Shown here piece after piece: positions 35,910-49,663 of a stretch of DNA of 64,000 bases. The notes below the pieces were generated by a model that saw nothing but the letters and a program-made list of their open reading frames with translations, ran no database searches and was not told the DNA's origin. The stretch spans positions 62,001-126,000 of the forward strand of contig MCFE01000208.1 in NCBI GenBank assembly GCA_002104905.1, written 5' to 3'. Within the stretch, counting starts at the first letter, position 1. Each line of letters begins with the position of its first letter. Both the position numbers and the translations under genes were made by a program. This stretch comes from Basidiobolus meristosporus CBS 931.73 (Eukaryota; Fungi; Basidiobolomycota).

Positions 35910-38420
35910 TGAATATTACCTGAAAATCTGCAAAGAACTTTTTTGTATTTAGCTAAAATGCTCCTTTGCCCTGCTGGATCCTGGTCCCCCTTATAGGTGT
36001 GTTCTGACTTTTGTTTGTGAGAATTCTGTATTGAATGGTGTAGAAGTTGGCTAGTGCCAAACAGAAACCTGGAATACTTTAGTTAAGTGATCTCAATCAG
36101 AATTAGTAGCTTGTTGCATCCATCCAAACTTTATATTACTTAACTGATTACCCATGTATTGGGGCTACCTAGTTTCTCAATGCCAAAGGGATAGGTGTCT
36201 GCATATGCACATCTGTCCTCAGTTTTTCCAACTCTTCCTGGCTGTCCTCCATTTGCCAACTGTTCACATCCTTGATGGACTTGAAGGTACCATTTTTGAT
36301 GAGATTGGGAATTGTAGTACTTGCAACTGGATTTGTCTTCCTATTTCCCCACACATCTGCTCCATAGGAGACTCCCAAAAAATTGAACAAGGTCCAATAT
36401 TCACCAGACACCAAGTAAGATGGAGTAAAGAATGCATGAAGTAGCAGCAGAAATCCACATGTTCTGCTTTGAGCTTGTAGTATAGCCACGCAAGTCCTGT
36501 CACAAACTCCATGCATAGAAGGTCTAGGTATGAAAAATTGCTGTTGGTGATCCACTTCTTGACAGCTACTTCTACAATGTCAGCATATGATTCACAATAT
36601 TTCCAATATACTCCTGATATATATTGCTCCTGAATTAGATATGCAGCTCACCTGGTACTTGCATTTACATTGTTGCTCATGTGCATTAATAGTAATTAGG
36701 CCTTCAAAGCAATACTTTGGGGTGCACATACTCTGTAATATTTTGCCAATTCTTTCAAACTTTGCTAGTCTTTCAAAGGGCACATATAGCTTCAAAGTTC
36801 CCATGTACAACTTGACTATTACTAACTCAATACTGTTGAAGAGCAAGTGCATAGCTGATTTTTGATTAATTCCATATTTTGGCAGACACCTGATAGCTTG
36901 CCATCTTTGCTGCAATTGCATGCTGACTTCTGTACATTCCCTCTGTGAGAAGACAATGTTCTTAGTGTTGATGTTTGAATAATAATAATGTTTGTTAGTC
37001 TTGAATCAAGCTCCCTGGATTTCACACACTTGACATCAATACTATTCATTGAACCCAGAAAAGCCAGCTATCTTGCTGATGGCAGAAGTATCTCTGATGC
37101 AAGTAACACATGCACTTTTATATGACTGTTGTTTACAAATATCCTGCTGGATAGCATACAAAACTCATCAAGCAATGGATTCAGGTTCCTAGCCAGTTTG
37201 GATGAAGAGTTAGGCCCAGATATCAGATAAACTACAGCCAGATTTCTGCTCCAATATTTCAAGATTGGCAACACATTCAGGTTGATGAGAATCAATGGCC
37301 AGCAGAACTTGCTAGCTGTGTACTGGCTCAGCAGGAGCTCATCCAGCCCCATGGCAATGGCATGATTATACATACCCTTAGAGTGGCCCTGGCTTCTGGG
37401 CTATTTGTAATGCTTCTTATCAGATATATTGGAAATGCTTATGCTTGATTGATACTGAGTGCAGTACTTCATAGCTTCACAATTTTAGTTGGACTGCATG
37501 AGCATTTTTAGATCGGGTATTACTAAGGTGTATCTGGAGTGTGAACAATGCTTTCCTGCTGCAGTGTGGGATCCCTGATATATAGGACACAATGCATTGA
37601 GTGTATTTTTAGATGTGAATGTCATGCATCTGTTAACATATGCTGGTCCCAGGACCTTCTTGTTGTCATATGCAGCTAGCTGCACAACAATCTGCCATTT
37701 GTACCAAGTACACAGTATGTTACATCCTGAATTGATCTTGGCCAGCAGTTGCAGCAAATCTTTACAGCCCCTATTATCACTATTAATGTACATAAGCCAC
37801 TTGTCTGGTCACAAAGTAGGTTCTATGTAGAATCCTTGGTACTTTTTTCCATAGGTGTTGTCTCATTGCAAATAGGAACTCTGCTAGGCTTGTTCAGGAT
37901 GATATTATGAAGGTAAATAGACTGACAATCCATCAATGACCTTCTTGTTCAAAGCTATCACTGTATATGTCATATTCAGAAGGCTGAGGTTAGCCAAAAG
38001 CTGCCATAAACTCACCTGACTCAGTTTATGTAGGATGACAAGTATGGCAGGGTGGCATTAGTGAGGTGAGAAGTAGCTGGCAAGATATCATCAGTGCTTT
38101 AGAAACTGATGATTACTCAAATATGGCTTATGTGGTAAAACACTGACTGTGATCCTTGTAATACTTTCAATGCTGTCTGTATGCTTCATGGCTGAAAGGC
38201 TTGTTACACCAGTCACATGATTACTTTTCCCTTCTCCTACAGTATTGAATCAAATTAGTCTTGTCCATGGACCAACATCTTGACACTCATCATTATAAAA
38301 TTATTATATCAGTTTTTGCCAATACTATAGGTTATATTAAGACTGTCTTTTATTTGAGACATTGCACCTATATGAATGCAAAATTCAATAATGACCTACC
38401 AGTGTAAGCATTATAAGTAA
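35910..38420 (-). pseudogene. Tnp2-type transposase, degraded near-complete copy with upstream region
   Basis: Reverse-complement homologue of 4560-7900 without the LTR; ORFs 36264-36512 (GPCSIFWESPMEQMCGEI) and 37068-37373. Confidence 0.78.
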
Positions 38421-39149
38421 AGCCCAGGCTCCACAAAAGCACATATTTAGCATTATTTTGCATTTGGTTTGCTTCAGTTCCCTATAAATAGTGTCAAAAA
38501 ATAAAGAAAAGTTGTCTGGTCCCAAACCAAACCTACCACATATAGCAGCAGAGGTACAGTTATACAACAGCTTACTTTGATATTGATTGCAACAAGCAGG
38601 GTACATCTGAAAAGACCATGTTAATATCATACCAACTGATGGTGATCATGCGGACTCCTCTAGCTCTCAGTTACACACTCATCTGAAAATATTTGTGTAG
38701 CCACAAGCTGACCATAATGCCTAGGCTTATGAGAAGGCAGCAAAAGCAGTACCCTGGTTGAAGACCAGCAAATTGTACTCATAAGATCACTGCCACAAGC
38801 TTTAGCATGTGTACTGTCAGCTTAGATCAGTTTATTATTGAGGCAATTAGGCACAGAGAAATCAAGAAGTTGTCTGAAGAGAGTATAAGTGGATAATATG
38901 GGTAGAGCAATCAATATATCAGGTGGCAATAGCAGCATTATTGCACCCAAGAAGGAACTCAAAGACAGAAGAGCCCTAGATATGAGTATATTGATAGGTT
39001 ATTGCCTCTTTTTCACACCACTTACTTCCTGACTCAAACAATGTTCTACCATTGAGGCATATAGTTAATTTATTTCCTTTCATCTACAGTTGTAACTTGA
39101 GTTCAAACTGTGCTGACCTATGCAAGCCTCTATACCCAACACTAACATA

Positions 39150-42100
39150 CAAAATACCATATACCCAGAACATGAAAATTCACAATGTTGTCCAAACAGC
39201 CCCAAACTTTTTACACATATTTTTGGGACCTTCCTTAACCTATTCTCTGTGCTTGTTATACCAAGACATGTAAATGTATAAATACTACTTTTACATTTAA
39301 TAAATTGTTAAGCAAAAACCACATAATCTACTTGTTCTCCTAAATCACTTCCAAGATCTCCAAGACTCTGATAACAGGCTATGAGCCCCAAGCTGTCACT
39401 CTCTATAATTTCTACTACTGCTATTACTGTAATTTTCCCTCCTGCTGAAAAGTTGGATGGATCTAACTATCAAGTGTGGAAGGTGTAGATGAAGATGCTG
39501 CTACAAGAAGAAGCCTTTGGGATATTGTCATGGGAGAAGAATGCCCTCCTGAAAATGTGGGAGAGGAAGCCTTAAAGTACCAGAAGAAAGAACCAAGTGC
39601 CTTTAACTGCATGTGCCTTAATGTTAAAGACAAATTGCTAATTCAATGCTCAAGAGCAAAAATGGCAAGGAATACCTGGAAGGCATTAGAAAACACCTAC
39701 CAGTCATGCTCAGCTGCTAAGAAAATGTATCTGGGACAAAAATTCTTTACTACAGAGATGCAGCCAGGAGCAGAAGTGAAAAATCTAATTAACAGTATTA
39801 CCTTGCTGGTAGATGAAATGGAATCTGTGGGCATACCAACTACTGACAAGGATGTGATAATTACCATCCTGAATAGCCTGACAGACAAGTTTCAGGGCCT
39901 TGTATCAGCCCTAGATTCCAGAACTTAAGATTTGACCTTAAATTATGTATATGGAAGGCTCCTGGATGAACAATTAAGAAGATCAAGCACCAATAAGAAG
40001 GAAGAAGAAAATGCTTTAATAAGCAATAATAACCAACTAAGGAGGTACCCAAGACCCTACAAAGGCAACAGCAACCTTTTTGCAACTACTGCAAAAGGAA
40101 AGGACACACATCCCACTGGTGCCTCAAAAAGAGAGATAATTGGCAACAGAAGGCTGAATATGGAAATGCTGCAACAATAGAAGATAGACTATTCATATCT
40201 GCACTAAATATACTCATAAGCAAGAATTTTTAGATGTGATATTTGACTCTGGAGCATCTCAACACTTTACACACCATAAAGAACCTTTTACCCAATATCA
40301 AGAAAATGCAATTAAGATGGTTTCATGGGTGACAATTGGTCACTTGATGCAGTGGAGAAGAAACTATCAAAGTAAGCCTAAGAAGCAGTAAAGGAAGCTA
40401 TACATTAACCTTCAAAAGAAGTATTTTATGTACCAGAAATAGTCAAGAACCTACTATCTGTAAGCAAGGCCACAGCAGGAGGACTCAGTTTCATCTTTGA
40501 CAATCCTGGATGCAAAATTACTAATCAAAATGGTGCCCATATTGCTTTGGGTATCACAGATCAGAATCTATAAAAGTTGACTTATATTCCATCATATCTG
40601 GAAGCCAATATAAGTAACTTAAATGAAAAAACACCAATGCTTTGGCACAGGAGATTTGGGCACATTAATTTTGACTATTTGCGCAAAATGATCAAATATC
40701 AGCTAATTTCTGGAGTAAAAATTGCTCCGCCAGCTAGTTTGGAGCACTCTGAAGCCTGCATATATGGGAAACAAGCCAGACAATTGTTCAAGAGCTCAGG
40801 GTTAAACAAAACTAATAAAATTAGATCTAATTCACCCAGATCTGTGTGGACCTATGCAAAATTTATTCTTAGGCAGGATGTAGTATTTCATCACTTTTAT
40901 TGATGATTATACAAGATACACATGAGTTTACTTCATGGAGAGAAAGGAAGAAGCTCTGGCTAAGCTTAGGGAGTTCAAAGCCATGGTGGAGAGAGAAACT
41001 GGTGAAAAAATCAAGAAAATATGCTCCTACAATGGTGGAGAATATACCTCAAAACTCTTCATCCACTATTGCAAAACTCATGGAATAAAGCAAGAAACTA
41101 CTGTACCATACTCCCCACAGCAAAATAGAGTAGCAGGACATGCTAACAGATCAATAATTGATATGGCAAGATCTATAATTCATAATCATAAATTATCCTA
41201 TAATTTTTGAGCATAATTGGTTGCAACTGCTGTATACCTTATAATTAGGAGTTATAACAAAATACTTTGTAATTCTACTCCATTTGAAGCACAGTACGGG
41301 TACAGACCATGTACAGAACATCTAAGAATACTTGGGTGTACAGCGTATGCCAAGAAACTACCCAGAAACCATTCAAAATTTGAGCCAAAAAGTTTAAAAC
41401 ACATATTTTTGGGCTACAGCAATGAGAGTAAGGCATGCAGACACTTTGATACCAAAGCAAAGAAGCTGATCAAGTTCAGGGATGTGTAGTTTGATGAAAC
41501 TTCAAAATTTTCACAACAAATTATGTCAGATGATGACAAAAATTTGATCTTGATTCCACCAATAGTCAGGATTGAAGCAAAGCAAAACAATGAGAGCTTT
41601 TTCACTCCAGAGGACTCTACAACCATTGTTCAGCCAGAATCAGTGCCCAGATATATCCCTGAAGTGATCATTTCACTATCAAATGCCAGACAATCCAACC
41701 AGACAAGAAATAGCCCAAATTACTATATCAATGAGGGTACAAACTTAGCCTTTGCCTAATCAGTCCAAATTGATGTACCCCAGATTGTAAAAGAGGCCCT
41801 AAATAGCCCTCAGACAAAGTTTTGGAGATCTGCAATGACTGAGGAATATCAGGCCCTGATGGAAAATCAAACTTGGGACTTGGTCAAATTTCCAATCAAC
41901 CAAAAATCATTGAATGCAGATGGGTCTTCAAGACAAATTACAAGGCTGATGATACAATTGAAAGATACAAAGCAAGACTTGTGGCCAACAGATACTTTCA
42001 AACAAAAGGATTTGACTATAATGAGAACTTTGCACTGGTAGTCAAGTTCAATTGCATCAGATTAATATTGGCTATTGCATCCAAATATAGGTTTTTATTC

Positions 42101-42188
42101 ATCAAATGGATGTAAAACTGCATTCAAATGGAAAATGTGATGAGGACATGTATATGGGCCAGCCTGATGGGTTTGTTGACCAAGATAA
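39150..42188 (+). mobile_element. Copia-A copy 2 (5'-truncated LTR ~39150-39376, PBS, gag, integrase, start of RT), 3'-truncated
   Basis: LTR ends ...GATAACA followed by GGCTATGAGCCC (39377-39388); gag 39476-40180, WHRRFGH, integrase 40900-41490, RT start ~41830-42188. Confidence 0.85.
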
Positions 42189-45100
42189 TGTTGTAAAAAT
42201 TTGTAATTCCACCTAAATATTCACCTAGCTTAGTCACTTAGATCATTACCTTCAAATCCCAGAGAATACTGACCAAATTCCTTGTTGGGATTTACTCAGA
42301 ATATTTTCACCAAAATACCAGGTACCCAGAACATGAAAGTTCTCAAAGTAGTGCAAACAGCACCAAACTTCAAACACATGCTCTTGGAACTTTCTTTAAC
42401 CTATTCTATATGTTTTATATACCAAGACCATGTAAAAGTACAAATACTACTATAACATTCAATAAATCCACATAATCTACTTGTCCTCCCAATCACTTCC
42501 AATATCTCCAAGACTCTGACAGCAGGTTATGGGCCCCAAGCCATCACTATCTGCAATGTCTACTACTGCTATTACTGGAATTTTGCACTCTGCTGAGAAA
42601 TTGGATGGATCCAACTACCAAGTGTGGAAGGTGAAGATGAGGATGCTGCTACAAGAAGAGCCCTTTGGGATATTGTCATGAGAGAAGAATGCCCCCCTGA
42701 AAATGTGGGAGAGGAGGCCTTAAAGTACCAGAAAAAAGAACAATGTGCCTTTAACTGCATTTGCCTTAATGTTAAAGACAAATTGCTAATTCAATGCTCA
42801 AGAGCAAAAGTGGCAGAGAATGCCTGGAAGGCATAAGAAGACACCTACCAGTCATGCTCAGCTGCCAAGAAAATGTATCTGAGACAAAAAAGTTTTACTA
42901 CAAAGATACTGCCAGGAGAAGAGATGAAAAATCTAATTGGCAGAATTACTCTGCTGGTAGATGAAATTGAATCTGTGGGCATACCAACTACTGGTGGAGA
43001 TGTGATAGTTACCATCCTGAATAGCCTGACAGACAGGTTTCAGGGCTTTGTATCGGCCCTAGAATCCAGAACTGATGATTTGACCTTAAATTACATATAT
43101 GGAAGGCTCCTGGATGAAGAATTAAGAAAAGCAAGCGCCAATAAGAAGGAAGAGGAAAATGCTTTAATAAGCAATGATAACCAACAAAGGAGGTACCCAA
43201 GGCCCTACAAAGGCAACAGCAACCTGTTTTGCAACTACTGCACAAGGAAAGGACACACATCAGACAAGTGTCTCAACAGGAGTGATAATCAGCAAAAGAA
43301 GCCTGAATATGGAAATTCGGCAACAACTAAAGATATACTATTCATATCTGCACTAAATATGACCACAAACAAGGATTCTCATATGTGGTACATTGACTCT
43401 GGATCATCTCAACACTTAACACACCAGTTAGAACTTTTTAGCCAATATCAAGAAATTCCAACTAAGAAGGTTTTCATGGGTGACAATAGAGCACTTGATG
43501 CAGTGGGAGAAGGAATTATCTAAGTAAACATAAGAAGCGGTGAAGGAAGCTGTACATTAATCTTTAAAAAAAGTACTTTATGTACCAAAAATGGCCAAGA
43601 ACCTACTATCTGTAAGCAAGGCTACTGCAGAAGGACTCAGTTTCAGCTTTGACTATTCTGGATGCAAAATTACTGATCAAAATGGTGCCCATATTGCTTT
43701 GGGTATCAGAAATCAGAATCTATACAAGTTGACTTATATTTCATCATATTTGGAAGCCAATATAAGTAACTTAAATGAAGAAACACCAATGCTTTGGCAC
43801 AGGAGTTTTGGGCACATCAATTTTTATTATTTACGCAAAATGTTCAAAGATCAGCTAATTTCTGGAGTAAAAATTGATCCCCCAGCTAGTTTGGAGAACT
43901 GTGAAGCCTGCATATATGGGAAACAAGCCAGACAACTGTTCAAGAGCTCAGGGTTAATCAAAACTAATAAAATTAGATCTAATTCACCCAGATCTGTGTG
44001 GACCTATGCAAATTTATCCTTAGGAAGGATAAAGTATTTCATCACTTTTATTGATGATTATACAAGATACACATGGGTCTACTTCATTGAGAGAAAGGAA
44101 GAAGCTCTGTCTAAGTTCAGGGAGCTTAAAGTCATGGTGGAGAGAGAAACTGGTAAAAAAATCAAGAAATTATGCTCTTACAATGGTAGAGAATATACCT
44201 GAAAACTCTTCATCCACTTCCGCAAAATTCAGGGGATAAAGCAAGAGACTACTGTACCATATTCCTCACAGCAAAATGGAGTAGCAGAACATGCTAACAG
44301 ATCAATAATTGATATGGCAAGATATATGATCCATGATCAAAGATTATCCTTTGATTTTTGAGCGGAATCAGTTGCCACTGCTGTATACCTTAAAAATAGG
44401 AGTTATAACAGAGTACTTTGTGATTCTACTCCAGTTGAAACATGGTATGGGTACAGACCAAGTGCAGAGCACCTAAGAATATTTGGGTGTACATCATATG
44501 CCAACAAATTGCCCTGAAATCAGTCAAAATTTGAACCAAAACGTGTAAAATACATATTTTTGGGTTACTGCAATATGAGTAATGCATACAGACTCTACAA
44601 CACCAAAGTAAAGAAGCTGATCAAGTCCAGGGATGTGTTGTTTGATGAATATTCAAAGTTTTCACATAAATGACATTAGATGATAACAAAAATCTAATCT
44701 CAAGTCCACCAATTCTCAGGATTGAATTAGAGCAAAACAATGAGAATATTTTCACTCTAGAGGACTCTACAACCATGGTTCAGCCTGAATCAGTGCCCAG
44801 AAATATCCCAGAAGTGAGCATTCCGGTATCAAATGCCCGGATATTTGTTATGAATAGACACAAGGCAGGAGAGTAGAGCTAGGCAAGGCAGGAACAGGAA
44901 AGGACTTAGGTGTGGATCAACAAGGCAAGGCGGATTTCCAAGGCAAGGCTGTTTATTCAAGACCTGTGTTTATCAGACTGAGGAATACTTAAGGGGGGAT
45001 AGGACTATATATACTTTTTGGCTATACTGATGCCAAGAGATATTAGCTAATACTAATGGGGTTGTGGGGTGAGGCACAGCAATGGTGCTGGGGATAATGA

Positions 45101-45374
45101 CATAGATGACACGGCACTGAGACAGGATGGGGAAATGGATTGGGTCACCTGATCATGTGACTAAGTCATGTGACCTGGTATTTCCATATATGGGACTGGA
45201 CTATGAAAAATACAATGGAAAGCTTCCATGGAATGTTCCATTGTGTAACAATGGTTTGGAATGGTCAGGAACTTTCTGGAAGGTGGTAGAAGGTTCCAGA
45301 AGGAATCTCTTAGAAATTGAGCTAGGAAGCTGAAACTTTGCATGGGTGTTCATGGTTGTCATGTGATCATGACA

Positions 45375-47648
45375 CTATTCTCCTCTTCCAGGCAAAGCTC
45401 TGTTTCCCTTTGGGGCAGGTTTTGCAGGATATTGTTGGTGGAACTGGGTAACTAGTTCTTGACAATTAGTGAGATATGTAGCTGGTTCCCATGTTTGGTC
45501 ACTTGGGCTATAACCAATCCAGTCTACTAAGTAGTACAGCTTTGACCGGATATACTTGGAGTCTAGTATCTGTTTAACTTCAAATTCTTGATGTTGGTCA
45601 ACCTGGATAGCTTGGGGCTTTGCTTCTTGCCGGTTTGGCAAGGTGTTCCTACAATACGGCTCCAGGAGGGACACATGGAAAGTATCATGGATTTTCATAC
45701 TTGCTGGTAACTGTAGCTGATATACTATAGGGCTAAGCTTCTTCTTGATCTTGAAGGGACCAAGTTTCTTGAAATCCAACTTGTCACAAGAGCGGTTGGT
45801 GCTGATGTTTCTTCTGAGCAACCATACAGAATCTCCTTCATTAAGATCAGGGCTGGGATGCCGTTTTAGATTGGCAAATTTCTTGTAGCTTTCCTGAGCT
45901 AAGGATAGCTCTTCCTTGAGGGTGTTCTGGATGTCCTGGATTGCTTGGGCATGTTCAGCCGCATGTGGGCTCATTGGGTTTGTTGGAATCTGGATATCAA
46001 ACTGAGGGTGGAATCCATAGTTTGCATAGAATGGTGTAAACCTGGTTGCACTATGACTTGAGTTGTTGTAGGCAAACTCAGCAACAGGGAGTAGATCAAC
46101 CCAATTGTCTTGCTGGTAACTGATATAGCACCGGAGGTATTGCTCTAGAATCTGGTTGATTCTTTCAGTCTGGCCATCAGACTGTGGATGGAAGGCAGTA
46201 GAGAGCTTGACTTGAACACCAAGGTATTGCATGAAGTGTTTCCAAAACTTGGACACAAACTGTGGGCCTCTATCTGACACAATATCATTGGGGATACCAT
46301 GAAGGCGGAAAATATTCTTCAGGACTAAAGCAGCAGTTTCTTTTGCATCAGTGTTCTTACAGCAAGGGATAAAGTGAGCCATCTTGGTCAGCCGGTCAGC
46401 CACTACAAGTATAGCGTTGAAGCCACATGACTCAGGGAGGTCAGTAATGAAGTCCATAGATATAGATCTCCATTGGTGTTCTGGGATAGGCAGGGGCTGA
46501 AGAAGTCCATAGGGCTGGTGTCTGGCTGGTTTTGCACGGTTGCAAATATCACAAGTCAGAATGTACTCTTTGATAAGAGTTATCATTCTAGGCCACCAGA
46601 AATCTCTTTTGATAGCATTCAAGGTTTTGGCAGTACCAAAGTGGCCTGCAGCCATTGAATCATGCCAAGACATAATGATGTCTAGCTGGGTGGCAAGGTC
46701 TGGGACATAAAGCTGCTGCTTGTGGTAGATGAGGTTGTTTACCAAATGCAGGTTCTGGATGTTTGGGAACTTGGGAGGGGGCCCAACTGGGGATTCCAGA
46801 TATTTTGTGATGGTGCTGGAAGTCATATCAGAGGCATGGGATTCTGATATCCTTACTAGGAATGAAGGGATGACAAGACTTGAGGACTGGGTGGCAAGAA
46901 TCTCAAAATGTTTCTTGCTCAGCAGTGGGTGTTCCATTTGCCAACAGGCATCATCTCCCTCTTCCAGGGCATATTCCTTTTTTCTGGACAGGGCATCAGG
47001 CTTTCCTTGCTTTGCACCAGGTCTATAGGTGATAGTAAAGTCAAAGCTGGACAGGAAGAGTGACCATCTGGCTTGTCTCCGGTTTAGTACTTTGGAAGTT
47101 GCAAAGTACTCAAGGTTCTTATGGTCACAGAAGACTTTGATTTTGTGTTTTGCACCATCCAGGTAGTGTCTCCATTGCTCAAAGGCCACAATGATGGCAA
47201 GCAACTCCTTATCATAGATACCATAGTTGATCTCTGCTGGGGAAAACTTCCGAGAGTAGAATACAATGGGGTGCAACACATTGTCCTCATCATACTGGGA
47301 GAGTATGGCACCAAGGGCAAAATCAGAAGCATCAGTCTCCACTATGAATTGCTTCTCAAGGTCAGGGTGGGCAAGCAGGGGGGCCTTCAGGAAAGATTTC
47401 TTGAGTTGGTTGAATGAGCAGGATTGCTCTTCATTCCAGGCAAAAGGTGTGTTCTTCTGGGTAAGCTTTGTCAGAGGGGTGACTATCTTGGAGTAGTTGG
47501 CTATGAACCTGCAATAGAAGTTGGCAAATCCCAGGAAGGATTGTACTTCCTTGACTGAGCTTGGAGTTTTCCAGGACTGGACTGAGTCAACTTTCTTTGG
47601 GTCCATTCTTGTTCCCTCAGGGCTGATGAGGTAACCAAGAAATTCCAC
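45375..47648 (-). pseudogene. pol: Chromovirus pol remnant: RT thumb/connection, RNase H, integrase, chromodomain (757 uninterrupted codons)
   Basis: ETDASDFA, YDKELLAI, HDSMAAGH...CDIC, SISMDFITDLP, IVSDRGPQF, GQTERINQ, GPFKI, and C-terminal FEVKQILDSK...YYLVDWIGYSPSDQTWEP; no YxDD. Confidence 0.92.
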
Positions 47649-47658
47649 TTCTCTCTGG

Positions 47659-48354
47659 TCAAATTCTCACTTCTCTAACTTCAAGGTCAATAGGGCAGTC
47701 ATAAGGCCAATGGTCAGGGAGGAGTTCTGCTTTCTTCTTGTCAAAGACATGGGCAAACTCTTGGTACGTGGCTGGTATAGTTGCTGAGGGGGCTCCTTCA
47801 GCTGGCAAGGTATCATGGGCTGTTGAACTGTTGGCAACTGTCTTTTCACGGTTATCAGGGTCTGGAGATTTCATGGAGTTGACTTGGTGGCATCTGGTGA
47901 ATGACAGGATCTTGGATTTCCAATCAATACTCGGATTGTGGTAGCTCAACCATGAGCTTCCAAGCACAATAGGATAGTGTGGTGAGTTGATGATGTTGAA
48001 GGCAATTCTTTCTTGGTGGGCAGTACTGGACAGCTGGAGTAAGCATGTTTCATGGGTAACGGCACCAGAGGAGAGTGATCTTCCATCAATAACTTCTACT
48101 TGGACTGGACAGGATTTCAAGGTAACAGGAATAGAGTGCTTCTGGACAAAGGCTTGGTCAATGAAACAGGATGAAGCACTGGAATCAATCAGGGCTAGGG
48201 CTGGGACAGGACCAGAGTCAGGGATCTGGATTTTGACAGGCATTCTCAAGGACTGGATAGATTTTGTGGCAAAGGAAGATTCTTGGATATGCTGGATTTT
48301 CATGGGTGGGTCCAGTTGCAAGCCTGTCAGTGCAACTGGACATTGGAGTTTCCC
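47659..48354 (-). pseudogene. Chromovirus aspartic protease region (-1 frame relative to gag)
   Basis: ALIDSSA (DSG to DSS through a CpG transition), IVLGSSWL; ends at the RT deletion junction. Confidence 0.85.
48310..48354 (-). promoter_or_regulatory. -1 ribosomal frameshift signal: G GGA AAC plus an 11-bp hairpin
   Basis: Heptamer at 48354-48348 in the gag frame; 6-nt spacer; GTCCAGTTGCA-loop(10)-TGCAACTGGAC; the -1 frame is open into protease. Confidence 0.8.
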
Positions 48355-49289
48355 GACAGATCTGGATCAGGTTGGTTGCTGGAGGACTGCATCAGCTTGA
48401 AGCTGGACTTCTTGTTAGGGCAGGACTTGGCAAAGTGACCTGGTTGGCCACAGTATAGACAGAGGTTGGCTTGTTGACGTCTGGACTTTTCACTCTTTGA
48501 TAGTTTCTTGTATTTGGCACTATCAATCTGCATAGGATCTTCTGGAGTGACTTGGGGAGCAGGAGGGGCTGGGACTGCAACAGGAATGTGTCTTTGACGG
48601 TTCTTTTGCTTCTTCTGGAATAGTCTGTTATCACACCGGATTGCTTGGTGCATAGCTTCAACCAATGTATCTGGATCTGGGAGTGTGAGTAGCAGATCAC
48701 AAACTTCATCATTGAGGCCATCTTGGAATTGGCTAATCAAGGCTGCTTGACCCCAGGAGCTGAGGTCACTGGAGAGTTGTCAGAATTCTGAGGCATAGAC
48801 TGATGCTGGTTTGTTCCCTTGCTTGAGGGTCTTGATCTTGTTGGCAGCAGTTCTGGCTTGGTCAAGGTCACCAAATGTTAGCTCCATTTCAGTGAGGAAA
48901 GCTTGGTAGTCTCTGAGGAGGGGAGAGTTGGTCTCCACTAATGGGGAGAACCACTTGAGAGCTGTACCAGTAAGCAGGTTGGAGATGAAACCAACTTTGG
49001 CCTGGTCAGTGGGGTACCGGTTGGGCTGGAGTGCAAGATTGTTCTTCACCATGTTGATGAAGCCATGGAATTCATTCTGAGAGCCATTGAACTTGGTAGG
49101 AGGAGTATACTTGGGTTCTTGGTAGACTGGGACATGGCTAGTTTGCTGGACACTTTGGTTCTGGAACTGAGCAAGAGTGTTTCTGAGGTCTGCATGGTCT
49201 TGCTGCAGTTGGGTAAAGGCAGCCATGAGCTGGGCAAAGTTCAGCTCTAGGTTGGACATGGTAGCAGAGGAAGGCGGATGAACTTGCAA
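48327..49289 (-). pseudogene. gag: Chromovirus gag (PEG10/RTL-like), one premature TGA at 48780-48782
   Basis: ORFs 48780-49289 and 48327-48740 share a frame; EPKYTPPTKFNG, CLYCGQPGHFAKSC zinc knuckle; EF*QL is consistent with CGA>TGA. Confidence 0.88.
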
Positions 49290-49652
49290 GGAATACTGGA
49301 ATATACTAAACTAGATTGTGGGTTTGTAAAGCCACTAGTATGTCAAGAATACAACTATTGAGCCACAATCCCCAACTTAAATAAGTTAGCGTCACTTCAG
49401 AAGGTACTGGTTTCAATGTCCTTTGATAGAGTATTGTACTAAAGCTTCCAATACTGTAACAACTGTAAACTCCACCAGCAGGGTAATAAAGTGAATGCAG
49501 CTTTGACCAATAGTTTTACAAAGATAAAGTATCTTTCCCTTTATAGGACAAGACTAGGGAAAGATGATGGGTGATACTTACGGTGAGTATTCCTTTTACA
49601 AGTTTTCTTCAAACTTTGGGCAGAAGGCAGGGATCCACAGGTAAGTCAGGGG

Positions 49653-49663
49653 AGTCTGATAAA
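49653..49663 (-). promoter_or_regulatory. Self-priming PBS, complementary to LTR positions 49781-49791
   Basis: Minus-strand TTTATCAGACT 2 nt inside the 5' LTR pairs with AGTCTGATAAA in the LTR, ~30 nt downstream of TATATATA (49818-49825). Confidence 0.75.

Noticed and set aside
49259-49270. TGGTAGCAGAGG, a 12-nt match to a classic tRNAiMet PBS
   Set aside because: It is on the strand opposite the element and ~400 nt from the LTR; it is the reverse complement of the gag start context (CCTCTGCTACCATG).
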